Of a DNA stretch of 64,000 nucleotides, positions 1 through 8,816 are shown piece after piece. The position numbers and the translations under genes were made by a program. Source of the stretch: Dehalococcoidia bacterium (GTDB lineage Bacteria > Chloroflexota > Dehalococcoidia > GIF9 > AB-539-J10); NCBI GenBank assembly GCA_040766535.1, contig JAXGQG010000002.1, positions 64,521-128,520 of the forward strand. The letters are read 5' to 3'. The notes under the pieces are model-generated. The model saw nothing but the letters and a program-made list of their open reading frames with translations. It was not told the origin of the DNA and did no database searches. Numbering within the stretch: the first letter of the stretch is position 1; every line of letters starts with the position of its first letter.

Positions 1-235
1 TCGCTCCGGAGAGCGATACAACCGCCACGGCCAACATGATGGCCGGGAGCAAAGGGACTCCCCAGGCGCACAGGCTCACGGTAATCATGCCGCCCAGCAT
101 GACGAACTCGCCCTGCGCGAAGTTGAGAACTCGGGTCACCCCGTAGACAACATACAGGCCCAGCCCGAGTGCAGCGTAGATGCACCCGAGCGTGAGCCCG
201 CTTATGAGAGACTGCAGTACGGTGGAAGCCTCCAA
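1..235 (-). CDS. Branched-chain amino acid ABC transporter permease (LivH-type), N-terminal part; gene runs off the window start
   Basis: Manual minus-strand translation from TTG 235 gives LEASTVLQSLISGLTLGCIYAALGLGLYVVYGVTRVLNFAQGEFVMLGGM, a typical LivH/BPD permease N-terminus. It lies directly downstream of the Liv-type binding protein. No ATG or GTG start is available. Confidence 0.7.
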   Translation of the reverse strand, partial: MEASTVLQSLISGLTLGCIYAALGLGLYVVYGVTRVLNFAQGEFVMLGGMITVSLCAWGVPLLPAIMLAVAVVSLSGA

Positions 236-246
236 CGATCCTGCTC

Positions 247-1448
247 TCAGTCCGTCATCGTCTTCACGAGCACCTTCGCGCCATCACTGAAGGTCACCAG
301 CACTTCCTTGTGCACCACCCGGCCGTAGTGGTCGGCAGGTGTCATCGTGTGCGTGCCCATGAACAGACTCAGATCAGCCGTCGTTTCGAACGCGTCGCGG
401 ACCTGCCCCCTCGCCTGCTGGGTATCTCCGAGGCCGGGATTCGCGCGCTCGATGCCGTCGGCGATGAACATGACGAATTGTGCGCCGATCGCGTCCCACA
501 TACCCGGCGCGCGATCGTACCGCGCCATGAAGTCCTCAGTGAACTCCCGACACATCTGTTTGTCCGGATCAGTGTCGGGCAACTCGGCCCACATCGTGAG
601 TTTCGAACAGTGCACACGAGCGATGGTTCCATCTCGTAGTAGGTACGGAAGGACTCGTAGTATGCGGGCGAGTTCTGGGCGGGAGTCGTGACGATGGGCA
701 CCATTATGCCCATCTCGCGCGCCTGTTTGACAGCGAGTGCCCCGGCGGGACCGCTGCCCCAGATGAAGATGGATTGTGCCCCTGAAGCCTTGATATTCGC
801 CAGTTGCGGCGTCATGTCCGTGGCGCCGGGATCGAAATGCTGGTACGTGACGAAATCGACGCCTGCACCCGGGGCGATCTCTTTCAGATAGAACTCGCCT
901 CCCTCTCCGTAGCCGCTGTTCTCGATGAGTCCAGCGCAGGTGGCCAGTCCGAGGTCGTCAGTGAGGTATCCAAGAGGAAGCGGGATATAGTCCTTCTCAC
1001 TGGAAGTCGGTTTGAAGGCCCACGCGCCAAGCGTCTTGTCAACCAATCCGGTCCCTGACATGATGAGGCCGGGGATCTCGTTATCATTCACCACGGCGAT
1101 CATGCTGTGGGACAGACCCGTCGCCGAGATACACGCCACGGCCACCACCTGATCCACCTCGATGGCTTTCTGCGCGGCGAGGGCCGTCTCTGTGCTGCTG
1201 CCCTTGTCATCGTAGTACAGCAGTTCGAGTTGCTTGCCATGAATGCCCCCCGCGGCATTGATCTGATCGGCCACCAGACGTGCGCCATCGATCGCGGGCA
1301 GTCCCAATGCGCTGTAGGGGCCCGTCTGCGAGGCGATCACGCCGACACGGTAGGTATCCGGGGTCTTCTGTCCGGAACACCCCGTGGGCAGGCCGCCCAG
1401 CACGGCGACCATCAGCAGGAGTGCCAATACCTTTCTCAGAACTCTCAT
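247..1448 (-). pseudogene. ABC transporter substrate-binding lipoprotein (Leu/Ile/Val-binding LivK family) with one frameshift
   Basis: ATG 1448 is preceded by GAGGAGG. Signal peptide plus lipobox (LGGLPTGCSG). ORF 369..1475 carries the N-terminal about 280 aa. The C-terminal about 120 aa (WAELPDTDPDKQ...VLVKTMTD) continues in ORF 247..615 in another frame, so the shift lies near 615-640. Confidence 0.8.
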
Positions 1449-1563
1449 ACGCCTCCTCTTCACCGTGAAGTCCATTGGGTATATGTCGGCGGCCTAGCTC
1501 CGCCGATGAGTATCGAAGAAGGAGCGGCTGACTCGCTACCGCGAAGGCAAGGTGCAATCCACG

Positions 1564-2442
1564 TCAGTCAGCAGCGTGAAAGCCAAACGTGATGAAGCCC
1601 TCACCGTTCTGAATCGCGGTCACGGCACGCCCGTGAGACACGTGGAGGCTATCGCAGTGCATCTCGTCCCGCAGCATGTGCTCAAGGCAGGCTGCATCCT
1701 GTGCTGCGTTGATGTGGACGATAGAGCCCCGCAGTTTCCGGCCGTCAACGCGTTCCGCGGCGATCTGCACCATCTTGCGTACCAGCTGCTTCTTCGCCCG
1801 CGCGCGAGATACGAGGCTCACCGTGCCTCCGGTGGAGGAATCGACTTCTATCATCGCCTTGAAGCCGGCGCCGCTGTTGCCCTCAGCCTCGGCCCACGGC
1901 TTCGCCTTGAATATCCTTCCCCCCTTGTCGCGATAGAAGAGAGTCTCGAAGCAGAACAGGGCGCACATCGAGTCGCGCACCTTATACGCCTCGCGAACCA
2001 CCTCATCGAAACCGGCGCCATCCATCGCCAGCCTGGCGGCCTCGATGGCGATGGGCATCTCGCCTGCCTCGACGGTACGCGAGTCAATCACCTCGATCTG
2101 CATACCGGGGTGCTTCTCCAGCGCCAGTTTGCGGGCCTCAAGTGCGGCGCCATAGCCCTTGCTGAAGACCGATGTCATATGGATGGAAATCGCCGCATCC
2201 GCTCTCTGCGCCGCCCATTCATAGGCATTGAAGACCTCTCCGATGGACGGAGCTGAACTGGTGGGAACGTCACCCTTCTGGCGCAACCGGGAGAGAAGCC
2301 ATTCCATATCCACATCGGTTTCGAGGTAATCCCGGCCATCGATAACCGCATGCAGGGGCACGATCCCGATATCGAGTTTCTCCACAAGGTCCTGCGGCAC
2401 CGCCGCGGGGGCATCAACGATGACGGCAACTTTGCGTCGCAT
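1564..2442 (-). CDS. DegV family (fatty-acid-binding) protein
   Basis: 292-aa ORF with GAGGAG upstream of ATG 2442. The sequence is DegV-like throughout (VIVDAPAAVPQDLVEKLDIGIVPLHAVIDGRDYLE...TSSAPSIGEV...HMTSVFSKGY). Confidence 0.85.
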   Translation of the reverse strand: MRRKVAVIVDAPAAVPQDLVEKLDIGIVPLHAVIDGRDYLETDVDMEWLLSRLRQKGDVPTSSAPSIGEVFNAYEWAAQRADAAISIHMTSVFSKGYGAALEARKLALEKHPGMQIEVIDSRTVEAGEMPIAIEAARLAMDGAGFDEVVREAYKVRDSMCALFCFETLFYRDKGGRIFKAKPWAEAEGNSGAGFKAMIEVDSSTGGTVSLVSRARAKKQLVRKMVQIAAERVDGRKLRGSIVHINAAQDAACLEHMLRDEMHCDSLHVSHGRAVTAIQNGEGFITFGFHAAD

Positions 2443-2593
2443 GGCGCTCCTCAGCCTTCATGAGCCTCACGAACCGGAACATACCTCGGCCCGTGATACC
2501 TCGGTATGCGATATATGGTCGCGTACAAACAGCCCTTTGTCAAGAGCTTCGCAACGGTATACACTCTGCCACCTGAGGACAGGAGGGACGGTC

Positions 2594-3745
2594 ATGAAGA
2601 TGCCAGTGAGTCGCGCGCTCTCAGTGCTGCTCATGCTCGTGGTCGTAGGCACCGCGTCCGCAGGCTGTGGCGGAGAGGTGAGTTTCACAACCGCGTCCTT
2701 GAGCGACGCAACGATGTGCCTTGGCGTGGATAGCGAAGCCAAGCCACTCAATCCAACCGATGAGTTTGGAGTCAACACGCCGGAGATATTCTGTTCCGTG
2801 AAACTGTCGAACGCTCCGGACGATACAGAGATCACATCGGAGTGGGTGTACGTGAAGGGGGAAGTGCAGGGAGTGGAGGACTATGTGATCGACACGGTGC
2901 CGCTCATGGCCGACGGAACGCAGTACCTCCGCTTCTCACTGTCGCGACCCACTGATGGGTGGCCGGTAGGTGAGTACGAACTCAATCTCTCCATCGATGG
3001 CAAGAAGAAAGTCACGGTTCCGTTCACAGTGAGCCGGACGGGAGCTGCTGCCGGGCCCGGCGGCGCCTCACTGAGCGAGGCCACTATGACGCTTTCGGCC
3101 GACTCGATGTCCAGGCCACTCGAACCCACGAGCATCTTCAAGGCGGACGTTCCCGAGATCATCTGTTCGGTGCTCGTATCCAACGCCTCGGCCGGAACCG
3201 AGCTGCTGTCCGAGTGGTACTACGTGAGCGGCGAGTGGCAGGGAGTCACGAACCAGCTCATCGGCACCATCCCGGTCGATGTGCAGGGAACACAGTACGC
3301 CGCCCTTTCACTCACAATCCCCGCTGAAGGCTGGCCGGCGGGACAGTACCAGGTGAAGCTGTATCTGAACGGTGCGCTCCAGGACGCGGTTCCTTTCGAA
3401 GTCGAGTCAGCACCTATCGGCGCCGTCACCGCCATGAGCGTCGACGCCGACTACAACCCGATCAACCCGACCTCTGCCTTCCCGGTGGGCGTCGAGAAGG
3501 TCTACTGCGTCGTATACCTGCGGGACGTACCGGCGAACTCGAAACTGCTGGTGGAATGGTACGACGTCGGGTCGGCGGTTCACCGCTTCATCAACAAGAA
3601 CGCTGAGATGACGGTTCAGACGAGCGAGAAGCCCACGTGGGCGTCGATGTCAGGTGGAACCGGTGGCTGGAAGGCCGGCAGTTACGCCGTTGTTCTCTCG
3701 CTTAACGGTGAACGTGTCCTCATCGTGCCATTCACCGTCGGTTAG
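2594..3745 (+). CDS. Secreted lipoprotein with three tandem internal repeats of about 115 aa, function unknown
   Basis: ATG 2594 is preceded by AGGAGGGA (2581-2588). Signal peptide plus lipobox (VVGTASAGCGG). Three similar modules each end in VPFTV/VPFEV/VPFTV. The ORF-track start at 2420 is probably too far upstream. Confidence 0.75.
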   Translation: MKMPVSRALSVLLMLVVVGTASAGCGGEVSFTTASLSDATMCLGVDSEAKPLNPTDEFGVNTPEIFCSVKLSNAPDDTEITSEWVYVKGEVQGVEDYVIDTVPLMADGTQYLRFSLSRPTDGWPVGEYELNLSIDGKKKVTVPFTVSRTGAAAGPGGASLSEATMTLSADSMSRPLEPTSIFKADVPEIICSVLVSNASAGTELLSEWYYVSGEWQGVTNQLIGTIPVDVQGTQYAALSLTIPAEGWPAGQYQVKLYLNGALQDAVPFEVESAPIGAVTAMSVDADYNPINPTSAFPVGVEKVYCVVYLRDVPANSKLLVEWYDVGSAVHRFINKNAEMTVQTSEKPTWASMSGGTGGWKAGSYAVVLSLNGERVLIVPFTVG

Positions 3746-3915
3746 CCGATGGTTGCGGTCTCTGAGTGCGGAGGCGCGCGCCGCAGGCGCGCGCCCTCCG
3801 CTGGAGCCGGGTCCCCGCGGACAACGGACCTTGAGTCCGGCCAGCGCGTTGGGGCATACTTGTGTCGTTCGCGTTATGCTCGCCGCGCCAGCGGCGGGCA
3901 CGGACTGCCGCCAGG

Positions 3916-5394
3916 ATGAGAATCAGAAACGCACACAGCCTCTACTCACACGGCAACGTGGCGGGTAGACGGGCCATGGTCGAGATCCTCGAAGCGGGGC
4001 TACAGGCTGCCGACCCCTACTGGAATACCCGTGAACTGGTGCGGCTTGACCAGGACCGTTTGATTGTCGGCGGCAGCAGGTTTGAGCCGGAAGGATCGCC
4101 TGTCACGGGTGAGATAGTCATCGACCTCTCGACAACCCGGCGCATCATCGTCATCGGAGCAGGGAAAGGCCTCCAGCGTGTAGCGAAGGCGCTTGAAGAT
4201 GCCCTCGGCGAGCGACTTACCGCCGGTCACGTCATCGACAAGAAAGGGTACCCGGTGGTGCTGCAACGCATCGAGGTGACCCTCGGAGGCCATCCGGTGC
4301 CGGACGAAGACTGCATACGGGGATGCCGTCGCATCCTCGAGTTGACGGCGGACCTCACCGAAGACGACCTCGTGTTTACGTGCATCGGCAACGGCGTATC
4401 GGCCCTGATGACCCTGCCAGTACCCGGCGTGACGCTGGAAGACGTTATGGCAACCACTCGCATCATGCAGATCGAGCACGGGGCGCCCACGCCCGACCTG
4501 AACCCCATCCGCAACCACCTGGACATGCTGAAGGGTGGACGCATCGCACGGCGCCTGCAGCCAGCGCGCGTCATCCACCTCATTGCCATCGAACCCGGCT
4601 CCTACCGTGAGTTGATGCACGAGAACTTCTGGCTGCACACCCTCCCCGACGGCACAACGTACGACACGGCCATAGACAGTTTGCAGCGGTGGGGAGCATG
4701 GGACGAAGTGCCTTCATCCGTGCGCGAGTTCCTCTCCAGGAGAGATGCCGCCCTCAGTACCGTCAAGGCGGAGGAATACGAGGGCTTCGGCCACCGCATC
4801 TTCGGCATCATGCCGGGTCCACGGCAGACCGCGAAGCTGCCGGCCGCCATGCGCAAGGCCGAGGAGCTTGGGTTTCGGCCCTACCTGCTGGGTGAAGAGG
4901 TCTCGGCCATCGAGGCGAGCCACGCCGCCGCCTATCTCTGTGAGATAGCGCGCACGGTGGAGCGCCGAGGCCAGCCGTTCGAGCCCCCCTGTGCACTGTT
5001 CACCAGCGGCGAACTGGTGGTCACCGTCGGAAAGGATGGCGGCGTCGGCGGGCGCAACCAGGAGTTCGCGCTTGCCGCCGCGCGACGGATCGCCGGCAGC
5101 CCCGGCATCGTCGTCGCCTCAGTGGACACCGATGGCACCGATGGCCCGGGGACGCAGTTCGTACAGGGCGGGGACACGATCCCCTGTCTGGCCGGCGGGC
5201 TCGTCGATGGCCATACCCTGGAGGAAGCATCAACGGCCGGAGTGGACATCACGGACGCTCTGCGCCATCACGATGCCACGCCGGCGCTCTGGAGTCTTCA
5301 TTGCGGCGTTCTGGCCGAGCCGGGTATCAGCCTGAACGACCTCACGGTAGCGCTCATCATGCGCACGTCACCGGAGAAGGAGAGTCACACATGA
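3916..5394 (+). CDS. Glycerate 2-kinase / hydroxypyruvate-reductase-like protein (DUF4147 + MOFRL family)
   Basis: Family-typical blocks are present: ILEAGLQAADPY, VIVIGAGKGLQRVAKALEDALG, LGGHPVPDE, GNGVSALM, HLDMLKGGR and a C-terminal GGVGGRNQEFALAAA...VDTDGTDGP. The start at ATG 3916 was chosen by N-terminal conservation. Confidence 0.8.
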   Translation: MRIRNAHSLYSHGNVAGRRAMVEILEAGLQAADPYWNTRELVRLDQDRLIVGGSRFEPEGSPVTGEIVIDLSTTRRIIVIGAGKGLQRVAKALEDALGERLTAGHVIDKKGYPVVLQRIEVTLGGHPVPDEDCIRGCRRILELTADLTEDDLVFTCIGNGVSALMTLPVPGVTLEDVMATTRIMQIEHGAPTPDLNPIRNHLDMLKGGRIARRLQPARVIHLIAIEPGSYRELMHENFWLHTLPDGTTYDTAIDSLQRWGAWDEVPSSVREFLSRRDAALSTVKAEEYEGFGHRIFGIMPGPRQTAKLPAAMRKAEELGFRPYLLGEEVSAIEASHAAAYLCEIARTVERRGQPFEPPCALFTSGELVVTVGKDGGVGGRNQEFALAAARRIAGSPGIVVASVDTDGTDGPGTQFVQGGDTIPCLAGGLVDGHTLEEASTAGVDITDALRHHDATPALWSLHCGVLAEPGISLNDLTVALIMRTSPEKESHT

Positions 5395-6665
5395 AAGACG
5401 GTTCGCTCATCAAGTCCATCACCGCACTGCAGGCATGGAGCTGGCGCGGCCATCCTGCTATCGAGGCGCGGGTGACTACGCGGAATGGCGCGGTCGGCGT
5501 GGCGCAGGTTCAGGCCGGCACGTCGGTCGGCAAGCACGAGGTTCAGTTCATTCACGACGGTGGACCGCGCTGGGGCGGACTCGGGGTTCAGAAGGCGGTC
5601 GCCATGGTCAAGGAGACCATCGCGCCCGCGCTCGTGGGCATGGATGCGACGAGGCAGAGGGAAATCGACTACCGCATGTTGGAGATGGACGGCACACCCA
5701 ACAAGGCCAGACTGGGTGGCAACTGCATCGGCGCCATCTCAGCAGCGGTGCTCAAGGCGGCCGCGGCCAGCGTGCGTCTTCCACTCTACCAGTACATCGG
5801 CGGACCCAATGCGTGCGTGATGCCCGTTCCGGGTGTGCTCGCCGTGCTCGGCCCCAAGCGCTATGGCGGCGGAGAGAGGGCCGGCGAGAAACCCACGTAC
5901 TCCTTCTACTGCTACGGCTACGATTCGTTCTCGGATGCCTCGCAAGCGTGCTGGCAGGTGCGCCGCGCATTTCGACAGGTCATGCTCGAGAGAAAGGGGC
6001 TGAACACCTTCCGCATCGACCGGTTGTTCATCGACCAGGAAGGCGTGTTCGAGCACGACAGAGAGTTGTGGACGCTGATGACGGAAGCGATCGAGCGCGC
6101 GGATGGCGCCGGCCGCATCGGCATACAGGTCGACATCGCCGCCGGATGCTATTATGACAAGACCACGGGGCTCTACAAAGGTCTGTTCTCACGTGACGAC
6201 AAGACGCGTGAGGACCTGATGGCGCTCTACCGCGATGCGGTGAAGCAGTTCCCCTTCGTGATCATGGAAGACCCTCTCGATGAAGATGACTTCGAGGGGC
6301 ACGCGATACTCACCCGTGAGTTGGGCATACAGATCGCGGGAGACGACCTCTTCACCACGAGTCCGGTCCGGTTGCGACAGGGGATCGATCAGGGGGCAGC
6401 CAACTGCGTGCTGCTCAAAGTGAATCAGGTCGGCAGCCTGACCGAGGCGTTCGAGATGGTGGACCTTGCCTACCGCAATGGCTATGCGGTCATGCCGTGC
6501 AACAGCCGAGGAGAGGGCGCTGACATCGCGGACTACGCGGTCGGCCTGAAGACCGGCCACATGCGTGAGGGCGGGCTTGACGATGCCACCACGCGGCTGA
6601 TGGAGATCGAAGCCGAACTCGGCAGCCGGGCTGTGTTCCTGGGACGCCAGGGATTCAAACCGTAA
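5391..6665 (+). CDS. Divergent enolase-family protein
   Basis: ATGA start/stop overlap with the upstream kinase-like gene. Enolase-like blocks: DGTPNKARLGGNCIGAISAAVLKAAA, IMEDPLDEDD, IAGDDLFTT, LLKVNQVGSLTE, GLKTG. The canonical SHRSGETED block is replaced by PCNSRGEGAD, and the GDEGG/QEFM region is not recognisable. Confidence 0.75.
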   Translation: MKDGSLIKSITALQAWSWRGHPAIEARVTTRNGAVGVAQVQAGTSVGKHEVQFIHDGGPRWGGLGVQKAVAMVKETIAPALVGMDATRQREIDYRMLEMDGTPNKARLGGNCIGAISAAVLKAAAASVRLPLYQYIGGPNACVMPVPGVLAVLGPKRYGGGERAGEKPTYSFYCYGYDSFSDASQACWQVRRAFRQVMLERKGLNTFRIDRLFIDQEGVFEHDRELWTLMTEAIERADGAGRIGIQVDIAAGCYYDKTTGLYKGLFSRDDKTREDLMALYRDAVKQFPFVIMEDPLDEDDFEGHAILTRELGIQIAGDDLFTTSPVRLRQGIDQGAANCVLLKVNQVGSLTEAFEMVDLAYRNGYAVMPCNSRGEGADIADYAVGLKTGHMREGGLDDATTRLMEIEAELGSRAVFLGRQGFKP

Positions 6666-6971
6666 AGCGCGGGTCAGGCTGGAGCCGTCACAAAGCCTGC
6701 GGTGGACCACATGGCTTCGCGGGTCCGGTGCGGTGCGTTGCCCGTCACTCATACCCATGAGCGGCGATCGATGGGTTTCCGCTCGTTCGCCTGTGGCGGT
6801 GCCGCGATCGGCTCGTACGAACAGGCAGTGACAGCAAGCGCTCCTCCCACCTGACCAGGCATCACGATATCAACCGGCATCAACCCGTGGCAGGCCCGCC
6901 GGCGCCTTGATCCGGACTCCCATCCGCACGCGAGGGGCTCAGTACCGCACTTTCTTTCGTATTACGGGGCA

Positions 6972-7004
6972 TTGACAGCGCCGGTGTACGAAGATACAGT
7001 ACAC
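6972..7004 (+). promoter_or_regulatory. Putative sigma70-type promoter with overlapping inverted repeat upstream of tctC
   Basis: TTGACA (6972-6977), 17-nt spacer, TACAGT (6995-7000). Inverted repeat GTGTAC (6984-6989) N9 GTACAC (6999-7004) overlaps the -10. It lies about 210 nt upstream of tctC. Confidence 0.3.
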
Positions 7005-7211
7005 GGGAAGCAGCAACTGCCAGGTGCAGTCCCTTCTTCGTGGGAGAGTGTGTGGTATATGGGATGGCCTAATGTCGGTCAGCCTAATTCTGCGTGGGCG
7101 ACGTGCTCCCCGCCCTCCAACTCAGGCCTATTCTTTCCCGAGTACGTTGTCGCCCCGTAGCGTCAGGGATACCCTCGCCACCATCGAGGGAATACGAGTG
7201 GAGGTGAGTTG

Positions 7212-8207
7212 ATGAGTTCGAAGACAAGAACCCTGGCAATGTTCCTGCTGTCGGTGCTCCTGGTGGCTGCCGTCGCAGTCCCCGGATGCGCGCCCAAGCA
7301 GGCAGAGTACCCGAGCAAAGCCATCACCCTGGTGTGTCCGTGGGGCGCCGGCGGCGGCACGGACAGGATCGCACGCTATGTTGCTGACAAGCTCAGCGTG
7401 GAGCTGGGCCAGCCCGTCGCCGTGGTGAATCAGACTGGAGGCAACGGGGCCGTGGGCCACAATGCGGGAGCGCTTGCGGCGCCGGACGGATACACGCTGT
7501 GTATCTCCACGTGGGAGATGAGCATTCTCAAGCACATGGGTTGGTCCGAGATCTCTTACGAGGACATCAGGGGCGTTGCCCTCTTCAACAGGGACCCGGC
7601 CGGACTGATGGTCCACCCGGACGTTGCAGCAGCCAACGGCTGGAAGGATGCAACCGACTGGATTGACTTCGTGAAGAACAACCCGGGCCAGCAGGTTTCC
7701 GGAACCGGTACCGGCGGAGTCTGGCACGTTGCGCTCCTCGGCATGCTGATGGAGGCGGGAGTCAGCCCTGACGTCGTCGAGTGGCTCCCCAGCACCGGCG
7801 CCGCCGAAGGCATCACGTGGCTTCTCGGGCAGAACATCGACGCGGTGACGTGCAGCATCGTCGAGGCAGGGCCGCAACTCGACGCCGGCACCGTGACCCC
7901 GCTCGCGACCATGAGTGCCGAGCGCATGCCGCGCTTCCCTGACATCCCGACCCTCAAGGAGCAGGGCATCGACTGGGAACTGGGCGCGTGGCGAGGCATC
8001 ACGGTCCCCAAGGACACCCCGGATGCCGTGGTGAACACCCTGCACGATGCCATCAAGAGGATCGTCGACAGCCAGGACTGGAAGGACTGGATGAGCCAGC
8101 AGGGATTCACTGAGCTCTACCGGAACGCGGCCGATTTCGACACGTTCATGGCGGATGACTACGCGGCGGCCGAGCGGCTGCTGAAGGCCGGAGGTCTCAT
8201 CTCGTAG
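7212..8207 (+). CDS. tctC: Tripartite tricarboxylate transporter substrate-binding protein (TctC/Bug family)
   Basis: GAGGTGAG lies upstream of ATG 7212. Lipoprotein signal (AVPGCAP). Bug-family blocks: ITLVCPWGAGGGTDRIARYVA, VVNQTGGNGAVG. Confidence 0.85.
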   Translation: MSSKTRTLAMFLLSVLLVAAVAVPGCAPKQAEYPSKAITLVCPWGAGGGTDRIARYVADKLSVELGQPVAVVNQTGGNGAVGHNAGALAAPDGYTLCISTWEMSILKHMGWSEISYEDIRGVALFNRDPAGLMVHPDVAAANGWKDATDWIDFVKNNPGQQVSGTGTGGVWHVALLGMLMEAGVSPDVVEWLPSTGAAEGITWLLGQNIDAVTCSIVEAGPQLDAGTVTPLATMSAERMPRFPDIPTLKEQGIDWELGAWRGITVPKDTPDAVVNTLHDAIKRIVDSQDWKDWMSQQGFTELYRNAADFDTFMADDYAAAERLLKAGGLIS

Positions 8208-8320
8208 TCAGAGACGCAGATACGCCACACAGCAGTTGCACTGGCGTGAGAGAGGATGGCGCCTGCATCGGCAGGCGCCATCCTGCGAATGTACGTAATG
8301 CCCAGCGCATAGGGGGACCG

Positions 8321-8782
8321 ATGAACAGCAGGAGACTCGACATCGTGACAGGAACCGTCATCATCGTGTTCGCCTGCTTTGTGCTGGCCTACTCAACGAC
8401 GTTCCCACCGGCGAAGGGCACGGATTTCGGCCCCTCACTCTTCCCCAGCGTCGTCGCGGTAATGCTACTCATACTCGGCGCACTGGTGCTGTTTCAGGTG
8501 TGGAAAACCAGGGCTCAAGCGGAGGCCTGCCCACCCGGGGCAGAAGGGGACGTCGCGCACACTTCCGTGGGGCTTCGCAACGTCGCCGTGACCATCGTAG
8601 CCGTGATCGCATATATCCTCGTGGTCGACCTGGCCGGATTCATCCCAACCACCCTAGTGTTCCTGTTCGTGCTCATGAAGACGTACGGATTGACCACGCT
8701 CAAGGGCATCGCCGCAGCCTGTTTCACCACCGGATTCGTGTACGTTCTGTTCTCAGTCCTGCTGCGGGTGACACTCCCTTGA
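8321..8782 (+). CDS. tctB: Tripartite tricarboxylate transporter small membrane protein (TctB family)
   Basis: About 150-aa 4-TM protein between tctC and tctA. ATG 8321 was chosen within ORF 8246..8782. Confidence 0.7.
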   Translation: MNSRRLDIVTGTVIIVFACFVLAYSTTFPPAKGTDFGPSLFPSVVAVMLLILGALVLFQVWKTRAQAEACPPGAEGDVAHTSVGLRNVAVTIVAVIAYILVVDLAGFIPTTLVFLFVLMKTYGLTTLKGIAAACFTTGFVYVLFSVLLRVTLP

Positions 8783-8816
8783 TGACAGCGCCAACGCACC
8801 ACAGGAGTGAGTGAGT

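Noticed and set aside
3650-3968. Small ORFs (3650..3901 -, 3654..3968 +) between the lipoprotein and the kinase-like gene
   Set aside because: They overlap the ends of well-supported genes, are Arg/Ala-rich, and have no RBS. They are most likely non-coding.
7128-8045. 305-aa ORF on the minus strand opposite tctC. Similar long antisense or overlapping ORFs occur elsewhere: 35239..36687 opposite dctP, 40147..41445 opposite the URO-D gene, 33763..34548 and 33921..34868 opposite uxaA paralog 2, 62085..63029 opposite the tubulin-like gene, and 28217..29056 opposite ispE.
   Set aside because: These are shadow ORFs typical of high-GC DNA. Their composition is extremely Arg/Gly/Ala/Pro/His-rich, no family-like motifs are present, and no RBS is visible. 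In each case the opposite strand carries a clearly homologous gene.
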